This document shows, in pieces, positions 20,185 to 30,233 of a stretch of DNA of 64,000 bases (position 1 is the first letter of the stretch; every line of letters starts with the position of its first letter). The notes beneath the pieces are model-generated. The model ran no database searches, was not told where the DNA came from, and saw only the letters and a list, made by a program, of their open reading frames with translations. Source of the stretch: Limnothrix sp. BL-A-16 (GTDB taxonomy: Bacteria; Cyanobacteriota; Cyanobacteriia; CACIAM-69d); assembly GCA_041937175.2 (NCBI GenBank), contig CP166615.1:2976001-3040000 (forward strand). Reading direction: 5' to 3'. Made by a program: the position numbers and the translations under genes.

Positions 20185-22386
20185 CTAACCAAAATAAATG
20201 AGTAAATTCAGACCTGGAATAGTTCGGGAAAGCGTCCACAAAAGCAGGCCGATATACATTAAACCCAACGTCCATTGATACCAAACTACCAAGGAAATTT
20301 CGGCGGGTAAATGTTCATCTCGCATCCGCACATCGCTAAACCCAATCCGAAAAAGATTGATGGCGCTGAGGTCGTAATAATTCAACCAGGCCCAACGCCG
20401 GTTCCACAGAAGCGGCATGAATCGTTCCCGAAAGAAGTGATAGCGGGGCATGAGGGGTAAACGGGCGATCGGGAGTTGCACTTGCCGAATTTCACCATTT
20501 TCCACAAAGTAGCTCACATCCATCAGGTCATGGAACCGGCCGCGCCAATAGAGCTTGATCAGCAGGGCGATCGGGATGGGGCCGATCGAGATGGCAACGC
20601 TGGCCAACGTCCACCAAGGGCGATCGCTGGTTTGGAAAATGGTCGCTAAACCCAGGCTGAACAACAGTCCGGCGCTGCTGCCCATCCAGAGGGTTTCGGG
20701 CCAGGTGGGCACGATCGGTTGGGGGCGCAACTTGCGGAGTCGATCGACCAACCAAAACCAAAGGGCAAAAAAGGTCATGGCCACCAACCCCACCCCCAAC
20801 ACGAGGCCGGCGCTGGTGCCGGCCCGACTCAGCAAAATCAACAGGTTGGTTCCCAGCCATTGCAGGGCGATCGTGCCCCAGGAGAGGGGCGTGCTGGTGC
20901 GATCGGCCGTGACCCGATCGCGCACTTTCACATAGGTTGCCAGGTCAACGCCCTCGATCGACAGCATTTCCGCCACGGTGCGCAGGGGTTGCCGATCGCG
21001 GGCTTGGGCGATCGCCTGGGCCTGGGTGGGCGAAAACCCGATCGACACCAACACCGCTGGCTTGGCCGCGTTCAGGTTCACCCCCGTGAGCCGCTGTTGC
21101 AGGGTCTTGAGCCGCAATTTAAACAGGGTGTAATCCACCTGGTTGGCATCCGCAATCTGTTCCACCCGCCGAAAATTCCGCACCAGGGTTCGCAAAACCG
21201 TTTCATTGCCCTGCAAAACCGGCACCGACAAAATGCGCCCAATTTCCCCGGGGGAGCCGATTAATTTTGCTTGGTCGCTGTCAAAGTCCAGCCCGGACAC
21301 GTTGATATAGGCTCCGGGGGCAAAACTAGCGCTGGTGAAGTCGGCTTCGTCCAGAATGGTGGCCCCGCGCAGGTTCAGGGGTTTGGCAAACCGAGCATTC
21401 CGAAAGGAGCTTTCGCCATGAAATAGGCTGTCGATCGCATAAAAGGAACTGGCAAAACTGGCCCCATCAAACCGCACTTCGCCTTGCCAGTCGGCTTGGG
21501 TGAGGTCGGCGCTGCCATTCCAATGGCTTTTGCTGAAGTTGGCGATCGCCTGAAATTGCGATCGATAAAAATTGGCTCCCCGCTCAAAGGTGCTGGACTG
21601 GAAGCTAGCATTTCCGGCAAACTTAGCCCCATCGAACCGCGCTTCGCCCGTGAATAGGCTGTTCCGAAACTGGGCACTTTGGGTCACCAAACCGGAAAAG
21701 CGGGCCCCTTGGCTGAAGCGGCTGAGGGAACCCACCAAGGCTCCGCCCAGGCTCAGGCCCCTGGCTTCCACCGGTTCCAAAAAATAGGTGTTGGCTAGGC
21801 GTAGGGAACCGCTAATTTGCAGACCTTCAAGGACGATCGGGCCGCGAAAAACGGAAATCTGCCAATCCAGGGGGCTGCCTTCATCGAGCAACAGCGATCG
21901 GGACAATCGGCTGAGGTGCAACAGCCGCAGTCGATCGCGCCCCAGTTGTTCCTGTTCCGTGGGGGTCAGCAAGGGCGATAGGGCCTTGCCATAGAGCGGC
22001 GCGCGCAGGCCCAACCGAGCCAAATCCAAATCGCCTTGGATGCTGGATCCGCGCAAGTCGAGGCCCAGGCGTTCCTGTTGCAACTTGCTGGCGACCTGTT
22101 GATAAAAGGCTTCCCGAAAGTTGCCATTGTCGCTGCGCAGGTCGATCGCACTCTGGCTGAGGTCGATCGCGGGCTTGCCATCCAACAGTTGGGGATGTTC
22201 CAGGCGATCGCGCAAGGACTCCAGGGTCAGGGCCGGGCGATCGACCGGAGCCGCCTGCACAGGACTGGCCGCCCACAGCCACCCACACCCGATCGCCAAA
22301 GCCCAGCAGATCCCCAGCCCCCAGATCCGCCAGCCCTTGAACCGTTGCTGAAATCCTATGTTTCGCCCAATTGCCACCCACGCCAT
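20185..22386 (-). CDS. Pentapeptide-repeat membrane protein with a helix-hairpin-helix-like insert
   Basis: Signal-like N-terminus; A(x)F(x)xxxF pentapeptide repeats; VNLNAAKP..GFSPTQAQAI..IEGVDL ComEA-like segment; several C-terminal TM helices. Confidence 0.8.
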   Translation of the reverse strand: MAWVAIGRNIGFQQRFKGWRIWGLGICWALAIGCGWLWAASPVQAAPVDRPALTLESLRDRLEHPQLLDGKPAIDLSQSAIDLRSDNGNFREAFYQQVASKLQQERLGLDLRGSSIQGDLDLARLGLRAPLYGKALSPLLTPTEQEQLGRDRLRLLHLSRLSRSLLLDEGSPLDWQISVFRGPIVLEGLQISGSLRLANTYFLEPVEARGLSLGGALVGSLSRFSQGARFSGLVTQSAQFRNSLFTGEARFDGAKFAGNASFQSSTFERGANFYRSQFQAIANFSKSHWNGSADLTQADWQGEVRFDGASFASSFYAIDSLFHGESSFRNARFAKPLNLRGATILDEADFTSASFAPGAYINVSGLDFDSDQAKLIGSPGEIGRILSVPVLQGNETVLRTLVRNFRRVEQIADANQVDYTLFKLRLKTLQQRLTGVNLNAAKPAVLVSIGFSPTQAQAIAQARDRQPLRTVAEMLSIEGVDLATYVKVRDRVTADRTSTPLSWGTIALQWLGTNLLILLSRAGTSAGLVLGVGLVAMTFFALWFWLVDRLRKLRPQPIVPTWPETLWMGSSAGLLFSLGLATIFQTSDRPWWTLASVAISIGPIPIALLIKLYWRGRFHDLMDVSYFVENGEIRQVQLPIARLPLMPRYHFFRERFMPLLWNRRWAWLNYYDLSAINLFRIGFSDVRMRDEHLPAEISLVVWYQWTLGLMYIGLLLWTLSRTIPGLNLLIYFG

Positions 22387-23309
22387 ATCGCGTCTGCCAC
22401 CCGCACCACATCGCGCATTTGCTGAATATCATGCACCCGCACCCAGTCAGCCCCGCCGGCCACACAGGCCGCACAGGCCGCTCCGGTTCCCCAAACCCGC
22501 TGTTTCGGATCCGGTTGCTCCAGAATTTTGCCAATGAAGCTCTTGCGGGAGGGGCCCACCAAAAGGGGATGGCCCAGCGATCGCAAGCTGGGCAAATGTC
22601 GCAGGAGGGCGAGGTTTTGTTCGGCGGTTTTGGCAAAGCCAATGCCCGGATCGATCGCAATTTGGGCCGCCGAAATTCCCGCCTCGATCGCCGCCGCCAC
22701 CCGTTCCGCCAAGCTCGATCGCACAGCAATCACCACATCGGGCAACTGTTGACCAGGCAAATCACCCGCCCCACCCTGGCCCGCAAAATCACTGTAATCC
22801 GTAAGCTGCTGCATGGTTTGGGGTGTGCCGCGCAAATGCATCAAAATCACCGGCACACCCAAGGTTGCCACCGTGGGCAGCAAGTCCGGGTCATACAAGC
22901 CCCCAGACACATCATTCACCACATCGGCTCCCGCCTCGATCGCCGCGCGGGCTACAGCCGCCTTGGTCGTATCGATCGAAATGGGCAAATCCAACGGCGC
23001 AAAATCCCGCCACCCCCGCCGCAGGGCCGCAATCACCGGCACAACCCGATCGATCTCTTCCTGGGCAGAAACCGGCTGGGCATCGGGGCGCGTCGATTCT
23101 CCGCCAATATCTAACCAATCGGCCCCGTCCGCCGCCAGTTGGTGGGCCTGGGCGATCGCCGGTTCCAGTTGGTCAAATTGCCCCCCATCGCTAAAACTGT
23201 CGGGCGTGACATTCAGCACCCCCATCAAATAGGTGCGATCGCCCCAAGTCCAAGGGCGATCGCGCAAAATCCAAGGGGTCAAAGCACAGGCAGACAAGGG
23301 CACATCCAT
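22356..23309 (-). CDS. folP: Dihydropteroate synthase
   Basis: MGVLNVTPDSFSDGG, DIGGESTRP, SIDTTKA, DPGIGFAK, PSRKSFIG, VRVHD. Confidence 0.96.
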   Translation of the reverse strand: MDVPLSACALTPWILRDRPWTWGDRTYLMGVLNVTPDSFSDGGQFDQLEPAIAQAHQLAADGADWLDIGGESTRPDAQPVSAQEEIDRVVPVIAALRRGWRDFAPLDLPISIDTTKAAVARAAIEAGADVVNDVSGGLYDPDLLPTVATLGVPVILMHLRGTPQTMQQLTDYSDFAGQGGAGDLPGQQLPDVVIAVRSSLAERVAAAIEAGISAAQIAIDPGIGFAKTAEQNLALLRHLPSLRSLGHPLLVGPSRKSFIGKILEQPDPKQRVWGTGAACAACVAGGADWVRVHDIQQMRDVVRVADAIWRGWQLGET

Positions 23310-23650
23310 TGGCGATAAATTGGCGATCGCTGGTTAGCGATCACTGGGTGACACCAGCACCTGAAAACAGGGCGCTTTCAACAAAAGCAAAAACGAGCGA
23401 TGAAAACCAACCGAATGGGTCAAAAAATCATCAAGCCGGAATCCACCCGGCCCATATCCACCCAGTCAAAACATGCTCAATCTTGACCTGGCCCCAACAC
23501 CAAATGCCCAACAAAAAAGGCAGCGAAGATCGCTACCTTTTACCTTGTGGACTGTTAGTCATCTGGGAGTGGAATGGCTCTCAGATCGGGGTTTTCGGAC
23601 TTTCGCCAAACAGTTCATGCTGAAGAGTTTTCATGGAAACTGTTTGCAAA

Positions 23651-23724
23651 TCGGAGCGGCGGGATTCGAACCCACGACCCCCACTACCCCAAAGTGGTGC
23701 GCTACCAAGCTGCGCTACGCCCCG
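23651..23724 (-). tRNA. trnP: tRNA-Pro(GGG)
   Basis: Reverse complement CGGGGCGTAGCGCAGCTTGGTAGCGCACCACTTTGGGGTAGTGGGGGTCGTGGGTTCGAATCCCGCCGCTCCGA folds as a cloverleaf; anticodon loop TTGGGGT; CCA not encoded. Confidence 0.96.
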
Positions 23725-23888
23725 ATAGCCCAGTTACTATAGCATGTTTATTTGATTTGCCAAGGGCCCGGGTTAAATTTCTGTGTCCAAAGTGGCCAAG
23801 GGGGGTCGATCGAGCTGGCCAGTCCGGGCCGGCGCGTCCTCAGAAATGATCGATTGCCCATACCCCGATCGTCTTAACAAGGGGCTTA

Positions 23889-24076
23889 GAGGATGTCGTC
23901 ATTTCCATCGCCGTAGGGGTTGGGTCTCCCAACCCTAATCCGGGCGATCGCTACAACCCTGTTCACCCCTGGGAACACCCAAGATCACGGGAACTGGGCG
24001 AGGAGACCCCGCCCCTACGACTGATCGGTTGGGAGAACGAGATCATCAGAGTTTCAGGCGATCGGACGACAGGCCC
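23889..24076. mobile_element. MITE family A, copy 3 (different internal REP doublet; IS110 inserted at its right end)
   Basis: Left end GAGGATGTCGTCATTTCC and right end TTTCAGGCGATCGGACGACAGGCCC match copies 1 and 2. Interior GTAGGGGTTGGGTCTCCCAACCCTA ... GGGCGAGGAGACCCCGCCCCTAC. Confidence 0.78.
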
Positions 24077-24084
24077 TTGTATGT

Positions 24085-25346
<1,262 letters not shown>

Positions 25347-25399
25347 GCTTTACATTTTGTCACTTTCAGACCCTTGCGCCTCCTCGGCGAACACAGTAT

Positions 25400-25756
25400 C
25401 TAGGATTCTTCGGGTTTCAGGGGCTTTTCCCGCCCATCTGGCCCTGGACGACCATTCCGGCTACCCAATTGACGGCGCACATCGTCGATCGCGTCATTCA
25501 ACTGAGCAATCTTGTCCTCCAGTCCTTGGCGCGCCGTTTCCATCCGGGCTTCACTGCTTTCGCTGGCGGCCAAACGAGGGCGACGGCGGGGACGCGGCGG
25601 CAGTTCGGCCCCGTCCCGATCGCCCTTCTCCGTCAGTTCTTCCAGTCCCTCATCGGAGTTGCGCGAGGCCAGGGCAGCCCCCACCAGGCCCCCCACAGCG
25701 CCCCCCAACAGGGCCCCCCAAAAAAATCCACTACCAAAACCCTCTCGGTTTGCCAT
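25400..25756 (-). CDS. Hypothetical protein (YtxH-like Gly-rich TM plus coiled coil)
   Basis: MANREGFGSGFFWGALLGGAVGGLVGAALASR...LEDKIAQLNDAIDDVRRQL. Its TAG stop overlaps the IS110 core. Confidence 0.8.
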   Translation of the reverse strand: MANREGFGSGFFWGALLGGAVGGLVGAALASRNSDEGLEELTEKGDRDGAELPPRPRRRPRLAASESSEARMETARQGLEDKIAQLNDAIDDVRRQLGSRNGRPGPDGREKPLKPEES

Positions 25757-25915
25757 AACTCGCCCTGCGATGAAATTGCTGGAAACAATGTTACTTGGGA
25801 TGTTACTTGCGATCGGCGGGCCAATCAGAGCGATCAATGGGGTATCAATGCGGCGTATCAATGCGGCACTGAAGAGACCAGAACTGAAGAGACGGAAAGC
25901 CCTGAGCAAACACCC

Positions 25916-26569
25916 CTAGAAGGTTCCAAAGGCGCGATCGCCCGCATCTCCCAAACCCGGCACAATCCAGCCCTGATCATTCACGGACTCATCGATCGCC
26001 GCCGTGTAAATCACCAGACCGGGGAATTGCTGATTCAGGCGTTGCAGGGCCGGAGGGGCCGCCACGATCGAAATAATCCGAATTTGCTCCGGCGTGAGGC
26101 CCCGTTGGGTCAACTCCTTCATGGCCGCCTCGATCGATCCCCCCGTTGCCAACATCGGCTCTGAGATCAGCACCCGCGCCTCCGCCGGAAACTGTGCCGG
26201 TAATCGATTGAGATAGCAGGATGGCTCCAGGGTTTCCTCATTGCGCACCAAACCCAAGTGATAAACACTGGCCAGGGGCACTACTGGCAAAATCCCTTCC
26301 ATCAACGCCAACCCCGCTCGCAAAATGGGCACCACAGCCATGGGGGTTGCGGGCGAAATAAACGTTGCCGGGCAAGTGCCCAAAGGCGTTTCCACCTCTG
26401 CCGTTTCCATGGGCAACCATTCACGCACCGCCTCATAGGCCAGCCAACGCCCCAATTCCGTCAGCGCACTGCGAAACAAAGTCGGCGGCGTTTGGGCATC
26501 GCGCACCACACCCAACCAATGCTGAATGAGGGCATGGGGTGGCACGTAAACGCGAAGTTGCAACGGCAT
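25916..26569 (-). CDS. upp: Uracil phosphoribosyltransferase
   Basis: HALIQHWL, PILRAGL, EPMLATGGS, IVPGLGDAGDRAFGT. Confidence 0.96.
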   Translation of the reverse strand: MPLQLRVYVPPHALIQHWLGVVRDAQTPPTLFRSALTELGRWLAYEAVREWLPMETAEVETPLGTCPATFISPATPMAVVPILRAGLALMEGILPVVPLASVYHLGLVRNEETLEPSCYLNRLPAQFPAEARVLISEPMLATGGSIEAAMKELTQRGLTPEQIRIISIVAAPPALQRLNQQFPGLVIYTAAIDESVNDQGWIVPGLGDAGDRAFGTF

Positions 26570-26841
26570 GGGAAGAGCGAAGGGAAAGGTTTAAGGATCC
26601 ATCAACCCGGCCCAAAACCGCCGACAGCGGCCCAGAACCGCAATTCAGCGAATTCAAATTTGAGGGTTACGGGCAGATTCAGGTTGATTTTACCCGGTTG
26701 TTGGGACGGGCTGACCGCTGGCTAGATTGCGCCAACCTCGATCGCGCAAGGCTTGATCGCACAGAATCTGTGTACGCAATGCACAGCAAGGATCAGGGGC
26801 GGGGGAATTGTGGGGCGATCGGGGCGTGTTTGTGGGTGGAG

Positions 26842-26903
26842 GAGAATTCTAATGAGAATATCTTGCAAGAGAGTTGACAAAGATTCCTAGTAGCCGCTAT
26901 TGT
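26842..26903 (+). promoter_or_regulatory. Sigma70-type promoter with upstream AT-rich (possible Fur) box
   Basis: TTGACA 26874-79, 18-nt spacer, TATTGT 26898-903; upstream GAGAATTCTAATGAGAATATCTTGCA. Confidence 0.6.
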
Positions 26904-26907
26904 ATTG

Positions 26908-26976
26908 AGCGTGTTCTTCTCTCTAGTAAACGGCGGGTGGGGCTAGTCTGCAATTGCGGATTAGTCCTTTTTTTTT
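26908..26976 (+). ncRNA. isaR1: Probable IsaR1 iron-stress sRNA
   Basis: About 68-nt unit: GTGTTCTTCTCTCT 5' seed, ACGGC, then terminator GGGCTAGTCTGCA/TGCGGATTAGTCC + T9. Divergent from upp, the synteny known for IsaR1. Confidence 0.75.
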
Positions 26977-27428
26977 GGTTATTTTCCGGTTAAGACCAAG
27001 ACCCGATCGCCCCAACCACTTCAGCCCAGCCCGGCGATTCAGGTTCCACCTTGATCGATAAACTCTTGCAATAAATGCCGAAAAGCCGTTGGCACACCCC
27101 AACCGCGATCGGCTCCAAAATGCCCCAGAGGCAACAGCGCGATCGGCCTCCGGTGTTGAATGGTCAGGATCATCGAACGCCCAGCGATCGTGCAGAGCAT
27201 TCGCTTTGGGTGATTGATCAGTTTGGGTAATGGATCGGGTGATTAATCACTTTGGGTACTGGATCGCTTTGGGTGATTGCTTTGAACCTAATTGCTCGAT
27301 CGACTCGGGAAAACCAGCAGCAGCGGCATCTCTGGGCGATCGGGTTGGAGCCGCGCAACGAGAACGCTACACTCAAACATGGCCGCGCCCCTGGGCCTTG
27401 CCGTTGCTGTTTCGCCCTTTCCGTCGCC

Positions 27429-28985
27429 ATGACCGCCGTGGATAAGCCCTCGATCGCCCCGACCGCCACCGCCCTGCAAACCGACCCATTACCCCGTGAT
27501 TGGGATGCGATCGTCATTGGTTCCGGCATTGGCGGATTGGTCACGGCCACCCAATTGGCCGCCAAGGGAGCCAAGGTGCTGGTGTTAGAGCGCTACCTGA
27601 TCCCTGGCGGCAGCGCCGGTTATTTTGAGCGCGAGGGCTACCGCTTCGACGTGGGCGCATCGATGATTTTTGGCTTTGGGCAACAGGGCACAACCAACTT
27701 GCTAACCCGCGCTCTGGCAGCGGTGGGCCAAACGATCGAAACCATTCCTGACCCCGTGCAAATTCACTACCACCTTCCTAACCAACTGGAAGTGAAAGTG
27801 CATCGGGACTACGAACAGTTTTTGCAGGAGTTGGGCGATCGATTCCCCCACGAACGCCAAGGCATTCGCCAGTTTTACGACGAATGCTGGACCATCTTTA
27901 ACTGTCTGAATGCGATGGAGCTGCTATCGCTGGAAGAATTGCGCTATCTCATGCGGGTCTTTTTCCAAAACCCGTTGGCCTGTTTGGGCTTGGTGAAATA
28001 TTTACCCCAAAATGTCGGGGCGATCGCCCGGCGCTACATCAGCGATCCGGAACTACTGAAGTTCATTGACATCGAATGCTACTGCTGGTCAGTGGTTCCG
28101 GCGGATCTCACCCCAGCCATCAACGCAGGTATGGTTTTCAGCGATCGCCACTACGGCGGCATTAACTATCCCAAAGGCGGCGTGGGTCAAATTGCCCAAA
28201 AGCTGGTGGATGGGCTGGAAACCCACGGCGGCCGAATTCAATACAAAGCGCGGGTGACCCAAATTGTGACGGAAGGGGGCCGCGCCGTGGGTGTGAAGCT
28301 CGCTTCGGGCGAACTGTTGCGGGCCAAACGGGTAATTTCCAACGCCACCCGCTGGGATACCTTTGGCCAACTGCTCGATCGGGATCAACCCCTAGACGAA
28401 GATCGTTGGCAAGAACGCTATCAAAAATCCCCCAGCTTCCTCAGTGTCCACATGGGTGTGCGCGCCGATGCCCTGCCCGCTGGCACAGACTGCCACCACA
28501 TCCTAGTCAAGGATTGGGAACAGATGGAAGCCGCCTACGGCACGGTGTTTGTGTCAATTCCCACCCTGCTCGATCCAGACTTGGCCCCGCCCGATCACCA
28601 CATCCTGCATGTGTTTACCCCTTGCTGGATCAGCGATTGGCTCAATCTCAGCCCCGAAGACTACCAAGCTCAAAAGGAACAGAAAGCCCAAGAACTGTGC
28701 GATCGCCTCGCCCCGATCGTGCCCCAGTTAGACGCGGCGATCGACTACATCGAAATTGGCACTCCGCGCACCCATCGCCGTTTCCTGGGCCGAGTGGATG
28801 GTTCCTATGGGCCCATCCCCCGGCGCAAGCTTCCCGGTTTGCTCACCATGCCCTTTAACCGCACCGCCGTTAAAAATCTCTATTGCGTGGGCGACAGCAC
28901 TTTTCCCGGCCAAGGCCTCAACGCGGTGGCATTCTCCGGGTTCGCCTGTGCGCACAGCGTGGCGGCCGACCTAGGCTTGGTTTAA
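27429..28985 (+). CDS. crtH: Carotenoid isomerase
   Basis: [12 protein letters not shown] motif, [42 protein letters not shown]. Confidence 0.95.
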   Translation: MTAVDKPSIAPTATALQTDPLPRDWDAIVIGSGIGGLVTATQLAAKGAKVLVLERYLIPGGSAGYFEREGYRFDVGASMIFGFGQQGTTNLLTRALAAVGQTIETIPDPVQIHYHLPNQLEVKVHRDYEQFLQELGDRFPHERQGIRQFYDECWTIFNCLNAMELLSLEELRYLMRVFFQNPLACLGLVKYLPQNVGAIARRYISDPELLKFIDIECYCWSVVPADLTPAINAGMVFSDRHYGGINYPKGGVGQIAQKLVDGLETHGGRIQYKARVTQIVTEGGRAVGVKLASGELLRAKRVISNATRWDTFGQLLDRDQPLDEDRWQERYQKSPSFLSVHMGVRADALPAGTDCHHILVKDWEQMEAAYGTVFVSIPTLLDPDLAPPDHHILHVFTPCWISDWLNLSPEDYQAQKEQKAQELCDRLAPIVPQLDAAIDYIEIGTPRTHRRFLGRVDGSYGPIPRRKLPGLLTMPFNRTAVKNLYCVGDSTFPGQGLNAVAFSGFACAHSVAADLGLV

Positions 28986-29012
28986 AGTCCCAATCCTATT
29001 CAGCCCCTTGCG

Positions 29013-29642
29013 CTAATTTGCCCCTGGGTGCTCGGCTCCCGATCGCACCCAATTCACAAAGGCCTTCATCGCCGTTGGTTGATTTTGGGGCTGAATAAAC
29101 TGTGCTAACTGTGCAATTTCCAAAGCGGGAAAAAATTCGCTGCGATCGGCAATTTGGATCTCATCCCCCCGCAGGTTATAGAGCGTGAGTTGTTGGTCTT
29201 GCCAAATCAACACCTCTGGCACCCCGATCGCTCGATAAATTGCCAACTTATCCAATCCACCGCTGGTTAGGTTCACTTCCACCGCTAAATCTGGTTGCGG
29301 CTTTAAGGTGCCAATGCAGTAGCACTCATCGGGTTCCAATCCTGCCGCTTTCGATGATTGCCGAAACGTTGTGGAGCCATAGGCATGAAGTGCAATCTCC
29401 ACTTCTTCTGCATAGCGTTCGAGCAATCGAGCGATCGCCTTTTTGATTAATTCATGCTCCGGCGATGGCATAAAAATTTCTAGAACCCCATCGAAATACA
29501 ACAGCCGCAAACCCGACTCATCTCCCACATGATCGAGCCAACAGCCATAGCGCTGCCAACTGATTCCCGGCATCAGCAACCGCTGATCCGATCGTCCAGC
29601 CTGAGGCAGAGTGGGTAAATCATCAGCCACCAAAGTAGTCAT
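29013..29642 (-). CDS. Uma2 family endonuclease
   Basis: ISWQRY, GVLEIFMPSPEHE, GSTTF, LEPDECY, PDLAVEV, GVPEV. Confidence 0.92.
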   Translation of the reverse strand: MTTLVADDLPTLPQAGRSDQRLLMPGISWQRYGCWLDHVGDESGLRLLYFDGVLEIFMPSPEHELIKKAIARLLERYAEEVEIALHAYGSTTFRQSSKAAGLEPDECYCIGTLKPQPDLAVEVNLTSGGLDKLAIYRAIGVPEVLIWQDQQLTLYNLRGDEIQIADRSEFFPALEIAQLAQFIQPQNQPTAMKAFVNWVRSGAEHPGAN

Positions 29643-29647
29643 CAGCT

Positions 29648-30142
29648 CTAAAAAGAACGGGACTGAAAAAGCTGGGAAACGGGCAACGAAAACCCAGGAA
29701 TAATTTCTTCGCCGTCTAATTGATCGGTCAATTTCAAGAGGCGATCGGGTTCCGTTGCCGATCGATATACCAACACATAATTTTGACGCGGATTAATCAC
29801 CCAGATCAACCGAGCACCATTTTCAAAATATTCAATGAGTTTCTCGTCGATTTCCTCGATCATATTGGTCGGCGAGAGAATTTCAATCACCAGATCCGGT
29901 GCACCCTCCAAGAACCCGATCGGCAAGTCATCCAATCCCTGAAGCCGTTCCTTGGCAAAGAAAGAGATATCAGGCGATCGCTTGTTGCCATTCTTCATCT
30001 TGAAGGCGGTGCTGGAATCAAACAACGCGCCCAACTTTTGAGCCGCCACCACCGTAAACAAAGCCGCACTCAGCACGATCGCTCGATAGCTATCTTTTGC
30101 GCCCAACTTGTCCGTATCACTGCAACGATCCTGCGAGTCCAT
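29648..30142 (-). pseudogene. Uma2 family endonuclease, apparently 5'-truncated
   Basis: Core FDSSTAF..RSPDISF..APDLVIEILSP..EYFENG is present; the usual N-terminal ELVNGEL..H segment is missing. Confidence 0.55.
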
Positions 30143-30233
30143 CAGGTCGGGAAGCCTTGTGGGACAATCAATGCGATATCGATGCGATACATTATAAAAC
30201 CGCCAACCGTTGCCCCCAGGAGGATCGATCGCC

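Noticed and set aside
23651..23724. tRNA-Pro as the integration site of a prophage or island
   Set aside because: No integrase and no duplicated tRNA 3' end seen; the MITE/IS lie on its 5' side.
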